DNA of 64,000 nucleotides from Eledone cirrhosa. Its lineage: Eukaryota. Below are positions 40,059 through 52,464 of the stretch, one piece after another. Location of the stretch: NCBI GenBank assembly GCA_964016885.1, contig OZ024740.1, forward strand, positions 391,902,001-391,966,000. Direction: 5' to 3'. Positions within the stretch are counted from its first letter, which is position 1, and every line of letters begins with the position of its first letter. Below the pieces are notes generated by a model that was not told where the DNA came from, made no database searches, and saw nothing but the letters and a program-made list of their open reading frames with translations. A program made the position numbers and the translations under genes.

Positions 40059-40592
40059 GGCTAGGACGCTGCAGGCTTCCCCTCCAAGCTCGAGCCGGTG
40101 GGGCTGGACCGAGGGGATGGCAAAAGGCCAGACGGTATGACCATCTTCCCGTACGGCGGTGACAAACCCCTCGTCTGGGATGCCAATTGCAGCGACAATT
40201 TCTCCAGCCGCAACCTAGTGCAGTCTGCGACTAACCGAGGTACTGCTGTACGTCGGGCTGAGGAGGCCAAACTCTCCAAGTACCGGTCGCTCTCCAACAG
40301 GTTCGCGGTCGTGCCCTTGGCAGTGGAGTTTTCTGGTGTCCTTGACCCTAGGGCTACCTCCCTATTCACCACCATAGGCGCTGAGCTGGCCAGCCACAGG
40401 TGTGAGCCTCGCCAGTTGGAATGGCTCTTCCAGCGCATCTTCCTTACCATCCTCCTGGGAAACGCCTTCTCCATCCTGTCCGCCGGGGCTGTGGGGAGGC
40501 CAGCACGTGGGACCCCATTTGCTCACCATACGGATTAATAGGCAAAGTTATAAACTATTGTAAATATTAACAACAACAAAAATAAATTAAAA
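40059..40592 (+). mobile_element. 5'-truncated non-LTR retrotransposon with restriction-like endonuclease (CRE-like) C-terminus
   Basis: EPVGLDRGDGKRPDG.T..P....LVWD, AEEAKLSKY, VPLAVE.SG, FQRI...GNA; A-rich tail; candidate TSD aaatcat at 40052-40058 and 40593-40599. Confidence 0.8.
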
Positions 40593-41833
40593 AAATCATA
40601 CTCTTGATTTTAAGAAGATATTTCTTTCTTTTACATCCAGTGTTGAAGGCGTAGAAACAGATATTGTAACATTAGGTAAATTCCAGTATTCCTGTATGGT
40701 TTAGAGAAATGTTGTGTATGTTATGTATGTTGTGTGTATGAGTGTGTGCGTGTATGTATGCATCTGCATATATTCCATTCATACATAATATATATGTATA
40801 TGTGTGTGAGTGTATGTGTGTGAGTATATGTGTGTGAGTGTGTGTGTGCATGTATTTGTTTGTGTGTGTGTGTGTGGCTGTATCTGTGATGAAATCACCA
40901 GACAAATTTCTTTAAGTATCCAGATTACATGTGCAAGAATGAATATTCCCCTTTTACAATTGCTCAAATTCAATTACGGAACAACAACAAAGACTCAACA
41001 ATGAAAAACAATGTATTAAGAATTATAAGCCATACATAAACATATAGGTGTTATTTATTAGATATAACAACTTGAACTAAGGATGAGAATAACAGAGTTA
41101 TTTAATTTTAAATATAAGCTACTCATCTATGTGTGTACATAGCAATATGTGCACACGCACATATACACATGCATACAAACACACACATGCACACACATTC
41201 ACACGCATACACACATACACACACACACTCATACGCACACACACAGACACACACACACACATACACACACACCAGGATCAAAGAAACATCATTACATTTT
41301 CAAAACAACTTGTATTTTTATTTTTATCTATATTTTCATTTTTATTGCACCACTAACTAAAACAATAATCTTTAATTTTCACTCAATTTAGCCAATGCAC
41401 TTGTTGTACCATCCATACCAACACACACCACATATCCCCAACTGTTAAGCGGATTTTTATTTTAATAGAACAAACTTTAGAATGAGTTTTCTATCCAATC
41501 AATTGAACCCTGGCTTTTTTTTTTAACTCTACCTCCACTCTCACAACCCCAACTACATAAAAATACATATAAGTCGGTGCCTCAGTTATGAAATAGCCAT
41601 ATGTTTCATGACTCGATATATATGAGGGCTCGGTTTGTTGAAGTAAATGAATTATTATTTGAAACTTTTGTCATAATCACTCGAAGCCGCTACAAATATT
41701 TGATAAAATTTACTTAAATCAATTATAGAAATATTTGTTTGGTTGAATTACATTTCTGTGCATTTCCACTTTTATTTTTTACCCACACACACACACGCAC
41801 ACACACGCACACACACGCACACACACACACGCA

Positions 41834-41897
<64 letters not shown>

Positions 41898-41920
41898 CGC
41901 ACACACACACACGCACGCGC

Positions 41921-41959
<39 letters not shown>

Positions 41960-41960
41960 A

Positions 41961-42016
<56 letters not shown>

Positions 42017-42020
<4 letters not shown>

Positions 42021-42410
42021 CAAAGAGGGTGTGGTAAGATACCAGGTGGACCATAACGCGCCAGAGTACTCAATACTTAGGGTAGTAGAGTGGGTAATAG
42101 GAAAATAGCCAGGACCCTGATATATGTATTTTGAGTTTTTCGAATATTAATAATTGTTTCTACTTTTGGCACAAGGCCAGCAATTATCCAGTGTATTACT
42201 GGTACTTTATTTTATCGACCCCGTAAGGATGAAAGGCAAAGTTAACCTCGGCAGGATTTGAATAATAATATTCGATTCGTTTGCAATTATGCAAACAGCC
42301 TCTTTAAGCCATGTCAGTAGAATGATTCCGTCATTCTTGTTCATATAAACAGAACGGCAGACACTAATGTTTCTGGGTGATTATTAATATTCGAAAAACT
42401 CAAATTACAT
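42017..42410 (-). mobile_element. Family A-related pLTR stub with inversion, interrupted by a partial SINE S1 (42150-42262, -)
   Basis: 42017-42103 resembles the reverse complement of the pLTR-A tail; ttgagtttttcgaatattaataat (~42131) inverted at ~42380-42404. Confidence 0.65.
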
Positions 42411-42456
42411 TTATTGTATTCAGCCATGTAGAGCGATAAAACTATTTGTTAGTTAT

Positions 42457-42563
<107 letters not shown>

Positions 42564-44979
42564 ATATAACTGTGGGAGCTAGCATGCGAGTGTTTGTGTG
42601 TGCATCAGGTAGAGTATTGGGTAGATATTTACGCAAAGGTGTATAAGTTAAATAGATCTGCTTCCCTGGTGCATCATTTATCTGCTCGTGTTGTTGTTTT
42701 TGAAGACCCAGGGCAACCAGAATCACGCACATCTACGATCAAAAACATTCTATCCATAATCATCCCCTCTTTTCCATGCGATCACATTATCTAATGTGTC
42801 CTTCCTCTTTGTTTGTGACGGCTGCTCTTTCTAGCAGAATAAATAACTACATAGATGTACTCTCATTGGTGAGATCTGCGACTGCCGTATTATGCTGTAA
42901 GAATGTTAGAACAACAAGTATAGTTCTCTGTATTGATGGTTTGTTTGTCCACCCATTCATCATAGTGATGAATGGGTGGACAACTAAACATACTAACGTT
43001 TTCACTTATCATTTTAGTTTACTTAAAACGGTTGAGTCACTTTAAAGCACGACTCAATTCTGAGATTCTATAAATGTTATTTGTAAGTAGAACAACTTCG
43101 TTATTATGGTTAATGTGAGATTATACTATTTCTAATAACCATGTATTTTTGCATTTTGTTACTGCTTAAACAAGGACGGAAACATAGGGCTTCTGAGATT
43201 TGTAAGAAGCCTAGCCCTAAAGTTTGCAACAATGAGGACTCCGCTAAATGTGCCCAATGGCCAGGTAGTGGTATTAAACTGAACGACTGATTAAGTTCAC
43301 CATCCAAGTAAATCGCAAGGGTTATTTGAATTTAGAGCACAAAAGTCAAACAAAATATCAGAAAGCATGTCGCCTGATGTTCTAGCAATTCTGTAAATCC
43401 ACCAAATTGCACTGGGACTTTGCCTTATCGACCCTAAAAGGATAAAAGTTAAAGTGACCTCAGTGGGATTTGAATAGCGTGCAGAAGCAAATGCCACATT
43501 ACATCTATTCCAACCTACACTCTACTTTACCAATTTGTGTTAAGCGAATATCAAACTGATCTAATAATACATTTGAAGAAATGCTGCAAATACTCATCTC
43601 AGTTAATTATAGTTTTTAAGAGGTTACATATATCAAATAGCAACGAACTTTTTCAAACCTAATGTGACATGTGTTCACAACATCTACAGCCAAAATATTC
43701 AACTTCAAACTGACCTAAATTGAATTTCCTACTATTGAGCTTTTTTTAAGTTTATTTCTTTCTATGCTGGAAAGCAACTTTTAGACTGCTATTATCTTCA
43801 CAAGAATTGTTTCTTTTCACAGATATATGGTCAACACTGACACAGAAGCATACCTGACACTTATCTAGCTTACAATAAAATATATACTTTGTGGACAGCA
43901 ATAAGACTATACACTAAATTATACGCCAACAGCTAAATAATACATCAACGATCATTGGAGTTATATAACATTTATAAGCTTGCCTTGAATTTTTGTTGAA
44001 ATAATTTACCTCATTTATACTGTTATTGCCTTTGGCAACATCTTGAAACGCCACTGTATTGACTTCACCTCTATTATAAATTTGTTGCCCAGAGCCTAAG
44101 AAATCAATATAACTAAAATTAAAGGAGTGCTAATAGAGGAATATTGGGAATCTATAATTGAATCGTGATGGAACCACAGCATGCAGAAAAAAGAGAAAAA
44201 TGTATTTTATTCAATCATAATTCGGATTAATGCTTTAATATTATATTAATGTTTTCTTAAAGATCAAATATTAATCTTATATATTTTTTTCTTTTCGTTG
44301 CATTGCTGGGGTTTTTATTGCGCTCTTTTTATATACGTATCTGATACTACTTCAAGTAAACTACAGCTGTGGGAACTTATATTGTGAGAAATATAATTTT
44401 GCTTTCGGTGATGTTTGCCGTTATGAAATAATTAAAACATATCACGCATATTTTTCCTTGAATAAATTTAGATGAGTATATTACTTCTATTCGTGTATGT
44501 TGAAGAGGTTTCGTTGTGTCTCAAAGTAGAGTACTTTATACTACAACATCCAGCTATTGAGAACATTCAACTGGTGATATGAGTCTATAACCTACGATTA
44601 ACTGATGCATGGGTATAATTTGGAAATATTATTCTCTATTGTATTTACTGTGGCTGAATCAATAACTGCGCTCTTTTGTATAAAACCGTTGGCATTTTAT
44701 TACAATAAATTGCGTTTCAAACAGAAATCACCAAGTTAGTTTTCTCCAATAACTCACTAATCCAGATTTAATGTAATTTAATTGTTTCATTCATTATAGT
44801 AAATATTTTCGAGCCATAAGGACTGAAAACTAGATTTGAATCTATCTAAATATATGAAATATCACACAGACACATATACTGACTCATTACCGACTGCGAT
44901 CATGCAATTCAAGTCAATCCATGAAACCTAAGATAGCGTTAAAAAATTTTGAGTGTACGATTCAATATATATATATATG

Positions 44980-45043
<64 letters not shown>

Positions 45044-45049
<6 letters not shown>

Positions 45050-46523
45050 GTTAGAATATGTGTAATAAGGCCAAGACAATGCAGATATGGACATAGAAAA
45101 AAGAATGCAATAGTGAGAGATATTGATGAGAATTCGTCTTTCACCTTGAATTTATTTAAATGTCCTTAATTTTCGAGATAATATCTCTTCTTCGGAGGGA
45201 AGTAAAAGTCTCAGACCAGCGTCTTAAATTTCCAATGAAGCCATGCTGACCGGAAATAGTATAGAGTTCTAACTTTAATATCAAAGAATTAAAATTAGGT
45301 GGGTAAAGAGTAGTCTCCCTTTAAGAGGGGTTTGTTTATGTTTTGTTGTGTTTTTTTTAATTTTATATGCGTGCCTGTATATGTGTGTGGGAGTACTCAA
45401 ACTGAACGGATACACGACATCCACCACAAACCGTGCCAGAAAGAACAGAGGACACCACACCCGAGGCACTAACACTTGCTTCCTGAAGCTCCCACACTTC
45501 AGTGAAGAAACAACAACAGCCATCCGCAGAGCCATCAGACGAGAAGGTCTGGATATTCAACTGGCCCATTCGGGTCCTTCTTTGCGTGGACGGCTAGCTA
45601 AGAGACACTCCACCAGACATGACAACTGCTGCAGACTAGCCAACTGCCCCATCAACGACACAGACCTATGCCACCAGGCTTACGTAGTTTACAGACTAGA
45701 GTGTGACAAATGCAACAACTTCTACGTAGGTAGCACCACCAGACCACTCCACATAAGAATAAAAGAACACCTCAATACTAACGCTTCCTCATTTAAGAAA
45801 CACCTAGTTAAATGCAAAAACACTGATAAAAACATAACAGTTAGGATAGAAACTAAGGAAAGAAACCTCGACAATCTTAGAACCAAGGAAGCACTCATTA
45901 TAGAATCAATAATAGACTAGAGCTCAACACCCTATTTATAACCCGATAGGGCCTCTAGCCCCACTTTACACACCCCACACACACGCACGCGCACACCTCC
46001 ACTTATTCTCTCTCACACATACACACACAAAACCAGTTCTAACACCAGATAACACCTACCCCCCACTTTTACGATTAGACCTATCTTCCCACACTCACAC
46101 ACACACACCCACATACCTACACCTTCATGCTTTCTCCCACACACATATACAGGCACGCATATAAAATTTAAAAAAACACAACAAAAACATAAACAAACCC
46201 CTCTTAAAGGGAGACTACTCTTTACCCACCTAATTTTAATTCTTTGATATTAAAGTTAGAACTCTATACTATTTCCGGTCAGCATGGCTTCATTGGAAAT
46301 TTAAGACGCTGGTCTGAGACTTTTACTTCCCTCCGAAGAAGAGATATTATCTCGAAAATTAAGGATATTTAAATAAATTCAAGGTGAAAGACGAATTCTC
46401 ATCAATATCTCTCACTATTGCATTCTTTTTTCTATGTCCATATCTGCATTGTCTTGGCCTTATTACACATATTCTAACGTTTATACCTCATTACACAATG
46501 CTTCAAGTGAACTATAACCTCCT

Positions 46524-46526
<3 letters not shown>
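45044..46526 (+). mobile_element. 5'-truncated PLE-H (GIY-YIG with CxxC) with 5' inverted pLTR
   Basis: 45394-45920: LKLNGY, LKLPHFSE, C..CP....LC, VVYRLECDKC..FYVGSTTRPLHIRIKEH, EALII; 45044-45393 inverted at 46134-46484; (TA)n flanks. Confidence 0.9.
46328..46365 (+). ncRNA. Minimal hammerhead-like motif, family H (CCGAAGA core)
   Basis: CCT-CCGAAGA-A-GAGAT-att-ATCTC-GAAA-AT-TA-AGG; inverted copy at 45163-45200. Confidence 0.5.
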
Positions 46527-46581
<55 letters not shown>

Positions 46582-46587
<6 letters not shown>

Positions 46588-46793
46588 ATTAAATAAATGG
46601 AAACTATATTTATAAAACCATATTTATTTCATTATATATATTTCAGGGATAACATATTAACAATATGCTATGCCTTCCTCAGACAAAATACAATATAAAC
46701 AGTTTTATAGATAAATAGATTCGACATACCGTAACAACATCTACTTGGGAAGGTTGATTTGGTTGTGACAAAATTGTACACAGAGAGAAAGAA

Positions 46794-46824
<31 letters not shown>

Positions 46825-47404
46825 AAAAAGGAAAGAAAGACAGAAAACGAAGAAAAAGAAAAAGAAGAAATGCATGGAACAAAATAGAGAGATGGAAAGA
46901 TAGATAAAGAAAAGAACTTCATGTAAAGAAACAGAGATATATATATATATAGAGAGAGAGAGGAAATAGAGATAGATACATATATAAAAACTGTTGAATA
47001 ACGTATCAATGATACATTTATTTATTTATTTATTTATTTAGCTCTAGTATTAATGTAAGGGAGATATATGGAGGGAAAACCAGCTGTTCTCTCTTTCTCT
47101 CTCTCTCTTTCTTTCTCTCTGTGTACAATTTTGTCACAACCAAATCAACCTTCCCAAGTAGATGTTGTTACGGTATGTCGAATCTATTTATCTATAAAAC
47201 TGTTTATATTGTATTTTGTCTGAGGAAGGCATAGCATATTGTTAATATGTTATCCCTGAAATATATATAATGAAATAAATATGGTTTTATAAATATAGTT
47301 TCCATTTATTTAATATTGTAAATATACTCCAAATATTTGTCGAGTGCTTTTATATCAGTTATAAATATTTACTAGTTGTAACACAACAATTTAAATATAA
47401 CTTT
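46582..47404 (+). mobile_element. Non-coding PLE-like element family E with ~234 bp inverted arms
   Basis: 46582-46815 is the reverse complement of 47087-47320; unique 3' tail to 47404; (TA)n on both sides. Confidence 0.85.
47212..47277 (+). ncRNA. Type-I hammerhead ribozyme, family E
   Basis: TATTTTGT-CTGAGGA-AGG-c-ATAGCATATT-gtt-AATATGTTAT-c-CCT-GAAA-TATATA-TA-ATGAAATA; inverted copy at 46625-46690. Confidence 0.8.
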
Positions 47405-47462
<58 letters not shown>

Positions 47463-47503
47463 GTTTGTATATGTATAATAAAGCCAAAATATATATATGT
47501 ATT

Positions 47504-47562
<59 letters not shown>

Positions 47563-47688
47563 GTATGTGTGTGTGTTAAGTATGTTTTGAAAACAGTGAG
47601 CGAGTTTGAAAATTAGAAATATAAGCTTTCACCGTATTTTTGACTAAAGAGATGTTAGCCTGATAGTGGGGTTTAGAACCCTCAGAGA

Positions 47689-47738
47689 AATGGAAAAAGA
47701 TGAGTATTGACGTACGTCAATACTCATCTTTTTCCATT
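47689..47738. repeat. Perfect 50 bp palindrome
   Basis: aatggaaaaagatgagtattgacgt|acgtcaatactcatctttttccatt. Confidence 0.95.
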
Positions 47739-47760
47739 AATATATATATATATTCAATTT

Positions 47761-48476
47761 GTCCAGCTGTCTAAATGTAATGTTATTACTCTAAGGTAAA
47801 ATACCTTATTGAGTGCTTAGCTGCACATTCCGATTGCATTCGTTAGCTTAGCTGCAGCCAGAGCTTCGATTCTACTGAACTTCCATTTGTATTATTATCT
47901 CCTAGACTTAAGGATTAATTAATTAATTTAATTAGACAATTCTATTGATTGGTTAATTATTTATGTTTGTTTAATAACATCTGGTCGAGAGCTTTATTCG
48001 GTTTGTGGAAAGGAATTTATTCCTTTGTTCAAAATTTGAATTTCGACCGCCAAAACCTCCCTTTGGTAAAACAACGTGACCGCCAGCAGTCTTACTGCTA
48101 TAACTCACACCCGAACGCGGCATTGAACGGAAACCTGTTGAGAAAGTAAACCCTCTGTTCGATCATCCAAAGCCAATAACTTGCATACCCCGCAAGTGGA
48201 TTTGTTGATTTCGGATTTCACAGAAACCTACCGGAGATATTGTATAATATCGACGGGATGGTCCAGGTTTGTCAAATTATCCTGAGTTGGTTTTCTCGTT
48301 GCTTTGGTCCTTGCAGCTGGCTTACCGGTCGCAATCTTCAATCCGTCAAGCTGTCTAAACGTAATGTTTTTACTCTAAGGTAAAATACCTTATTGAGTGC
48401 TTAGGTGTACATTCCGATTGTATTCGTTAGCTTGGCTGCAGCCAGAGCTTCGATTATACTGAACTTCCATTTGTAT
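47761..48476. mobile_element. Small element with ~130 bp terminal direct repeats
   Basis: ~47761-47892 repeated at ~48345-48476; (TA)n on both sides; ~450 bp non-coding interior. Confidence 0.65.
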
Positions 48477-48491
48477 ATATATATATATATA

Positions 48492-48950
48492 TATAAACAA
48501 ATAGTAAAAAGGAAGAAAATACCGTAGAAAATGCTGGAGGGATTTTTTCAGTATAATATAAAAACATTTATTTATAACGTGGGGATTTCCGCATTTAATC
48601 GTGGTACCGGTTTCAGCATTATATGCTTTTTCAACGACGGAAGTGTAAAGTGCAGTTAAATTGCATATTTATACGAATAATAATAAAATGGAGAAGAAAA
48701 ATTATTAGTTTTTACATGGATATCTAAAAAGGAAAGTTCATGTTTCTGTCCGAGGCAGAGAGCGAAAGAGAGTCTCGGACGGACAGAAACATGAACTTTC
48801 CTCACTAAATATGTATGTAAAAACTAATAATTTTTCTTCTCCATTTTATTATTATTCGTATAAATATGCAATTTAACTGCACTTTACACTTCCGTCGTTG
48901 AAAAGGCATATAATGCTAAAACATTTTTCTTTTTTACTATTTGTTTATAT
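48492..48950 (-). mobile_element. Fold-back non-coding element family I with U3-A8 hammerhead variant
   Basis: ~48612-48752 inverted at ~48780-48920, plus terminal taaacaaatagtaaaaa/tttttactatttgttta; motif at 48600-48639 (-): CGTCG-TTGAAAA-AGCAT-ata-ATGCT-GAAAC-CG-GT-A-CCACG. Confidence 0.65.
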
Positions 48951-49085
48951 ATATCAACTCGTGTCACGTTTCTACATTCCATATGTATACACACATACAC
49001 ACACACATATATATATTCAAAGTTCCATTCATGGCTTGTATTTGCAATTTCTTAAAATTATTAAAATCAATCACCAGTCTTCGTA

Positions 49086-49219
49086 TTAATTCCGGTATGT
49101 TCCTTGTTAATGTTAATTCCCGTGTTAATTCCCGTATGTTCCTTGTTAATGTTAATTCCCGTGTTAATTCCCGTATGTTCCTTGTTAATGTTAATTCCCG
49201 TGTTAATTCCCGTATGTTC
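49086..49219. repeat. 39 bp minisatellite (~3.4 units)
   Basis: gttccttgttaatgttaattcccgtgttaattcccgtat repeated. Confidence 0.9.
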
Positions 49220-49303
49220 TATCTCGGATTGATTATTTACGGTGGTGCAAATAGCTCCCACCTAATTAATTAATGATTTAAACGAGTACAAATATACATA
49301 CAT

Positions 49304-49340
<37 letters not shown>

Positions 49341-49504
49341 GTGTGTGTGTGGGGGGGGGGGGGGCTAGAAGCTGACATCGTTCGAGCTCATGGTCGAATC
49401 TCTACCTCATTAATATACCAATCCTGCACCCCTCCATGCATCGAGTACTACTCTGATTTGTGATATTCCAGCTCCTCGCACCATACCCACTCGTTATATA
49501 TATT

Positions 49505-49555
<51 letters not shown>

Positions 49556-51399
49556 GCGTATGTGAAATGTATTTTATTGAAAGAAAGGTAGAAGGGGTGA
49601 GAGTCAGGTTATCAGTCTCTACGAAAGTTCACAATAAATAAACATCTGAGGATTTTGCGGTTATAATTTTTCAACGGAAAATATATAGAAAACTTCTGAA
49701 GTCAATTGCGTTTCATTTAATGTTGGAAAACGTACGCATTTCAGTTTATCAGATCTTTTACATTCAACGAGGTGCGCACATATATAAATATATACATTAT
49801 GAGAATAAAGAGATATCTACTAATCTCTGTAACCGATTCTTACACACTTTGTTCACTTTGTTCTTTTTTTTCTGTTTCGTAACTGAAAACAATGCTATTA
49901 AACGCTACTAATCTTGACTGAATCATACGCAATTTCAGCTGGCGAACTGTCGACCTGCATAAAAGCCTAATGGTTTCCGGCGCTCTAGGAAGTTGAAGAT
50001 ACTAAAAGGATTAACATCACTGCAGTGTTATTGTATCGATAATGGAGGCGCACTTGCAGAAATCCCAATAAAACACCTTTAACCTCGGCCTATTTCATAA
50101 CTAACTTTTACATCGAATGATTTATATATCTACTTGCCCTCCTCCATCATCTTCTTTTCATTACAACACGTGACTTCGTATCTTTTAGCATTGATTTATT
50201 ACACAGGCCCTGTCTTGTATTTATAACAGCAACGGAATAAAAGTATATGTCGTTAATACCTTTCTTAAAGCATTGGAAAGGCATAAAAAAACAATGAAAA
50301 TCTATCAACTGAGATTCCAAAACAAGAAAACGAATTTATTTTTGGTAAAATTTATGTAAGGATGTTGAGATATGTTTTCTGCGTGTCGAGTCTGTGAAAC
50401 GATTTTGATATTCAATTTCACAATAATGCACGGTTAATACGTTTAAGAAATGTATAAATGTCAAAACTTTCATTTTCTTCTATCCCCAAAAAATGGGATA
50501 CTTGTAGTAAAGAGAATAATATGTTATTTATAAGGCTGAGTATTATTTGTTGGTTTTACATGTTTGGATTAATTCCGCTTGAAGGGTATAAATGGAAAAC
50601 GTATAAGCAGAATATAGTTTTATTCTTTTTTTGCTCCAGCAAAGATTGCATATATACACGTATTTTTATGTACAACGAGCAATACAGCATTTTTATCATT
50701 TTCATTCAAACTTATGTCATTTTCTCATTCGAGTTATTTTTCTTAATTCGATATATATTTGTTTAATTATGCGAATTATACTAGTCAAAACTTATTCGTG
50801 ACTCTTTTTCGATACGACATTGAAATCTCCCCCAATGATAGCGATTGCGAGAGTGGTAAAGTTTTGAAGTTGCTGTATCTAACCTGATGGGATGGTTCGT
50901 GAGGTCATTGTGAGTATGTATAAATCTATTATATAAAAGTTCAGCATGGTTTTAGTGCTGTAACCCTATTAGTTTACGTGTCTCATTTGTGATATCTGTG
51001 TGTTGAATGCAACAACCTAAGTTATAAAACCATCTTCATAGGGAGAATCAATCACGTCTAAACTGTATAGTTGGGAATAGATGTATTTTGTTAAAGTGTT
51101 TTAAGAATGGTCTAAAAGTATTACTTTATACACGTTGTTTCTGATGAATATTTTTCAATACCAGGGAAATGTTTTTAACACAGTTAATGTTTTTTATTGT
51201 AGAATTTTTAGAGTTTTGCCTAATGTTTACTAAATCTACTTGTGCGTGTAGATTTAGTAAACATTTAGTAATCATGTACTTTTAATGAATTTTATGTGAA
51301 CCTATGATGTTAGTAATGGCGGTAACAGCACTTCCTGATTAGTTTATCCATGTCGTATTTGTTTCTAAATATTGCTCTTTAATTGCTTTTTTAGTTGAT

Positions 51400-51790
51400 A
51401 GATCTGAAGGAAGGGAAGGGTTAATACCCGTAGTCTTCACAGGCCTTCCTAAAATGGAAAGATCAATGCAGTTAATGTTCCGTTTAAACTGTTCCAAGTC
51501 CATTCTTTCTTGGTAAAACATGAGCAGTGAGGGAGTTTCAGAAGGACGACATTCTGGCCAATAAAGACATATCGTAATGGATAATGCGGGATAATGAGAG
51601 AAGATAGGATTGAATCGGGTTTTGGAAGTGGAGGTGGCATGAGACTAACAAGCTCCGAGGCGCAAAGACTATTGTAAGAACGGTAAAATAAGACAGTAAA
51701 GGCAACACGTCTGTGGGTCAAAAGCTGGAGACTGGAGACTGCCTGAGAGTGACTTTATACAGATTAGTCGAGAGCTTTGTTTATTTTTTC
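51400..51790 (-). mobile_element. CR1/Jockey-like LINE 3' fragment (degenerate)
   Basis: LQLLTHRRVAFTVLFYRSYNSLCASELVSLMPP...; LEQFKRNIN, resembling CR1-group RT C-termini. Confidence 0.55.
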
Positions 51791-52464
51791 CTGAGTACGG
51801 TTTAGTTTGATATAATAATAATGAAATTATTGTGTACAGTGCTCAGGTACACTACAAGAAGGTTAGTGTATTCTCTCTAAAAATGGATACGATGAAATTG
51901 GCACCACGATTATCAAGCAGTACTAAAAGTAACAGCAAAAACATATAGAATAGCCAATTAGTAAATTGCGTTCATTAATCATAATAGCTGTGTAATAACA
52001 CACATTAGTCGTTTTCACGCTCATCTTATCTTCCATTTGTAAAATTAACGATTGCAAAACTAGAAAAATAAATGGTGATGTGGCTGGTAGGGAAGGAAAA
52101 GAGGACTACTTAGCAGCTTCTACTTAATGTCACTTAACAGCCGAGCGATTTCACTACGGAACAGGTATAACAAGCACTTTATGAATATAGTGTTGAGGAT
52201 GATGATGATCAACATCGCCATTATCATCAATAGAAGCAATAAGAGTTTCAAGAGGAGACAGAGTAACATCACCATCAGTTATCACCGTCGTTCTCATCAG
52301 AACAGCCACAATCTAGATTATCATGATCACTAACATCTTTATCTTCAGGATTGATCACAATCATCATCATCGTCAACATCGTCTCCGTCTTAATTCTCTT
52401 CCTTCTCCTCCTTCTATCCTACACCTTCATCGTCGTTTCGGACGTTATCGTCGTTCTATCAATT

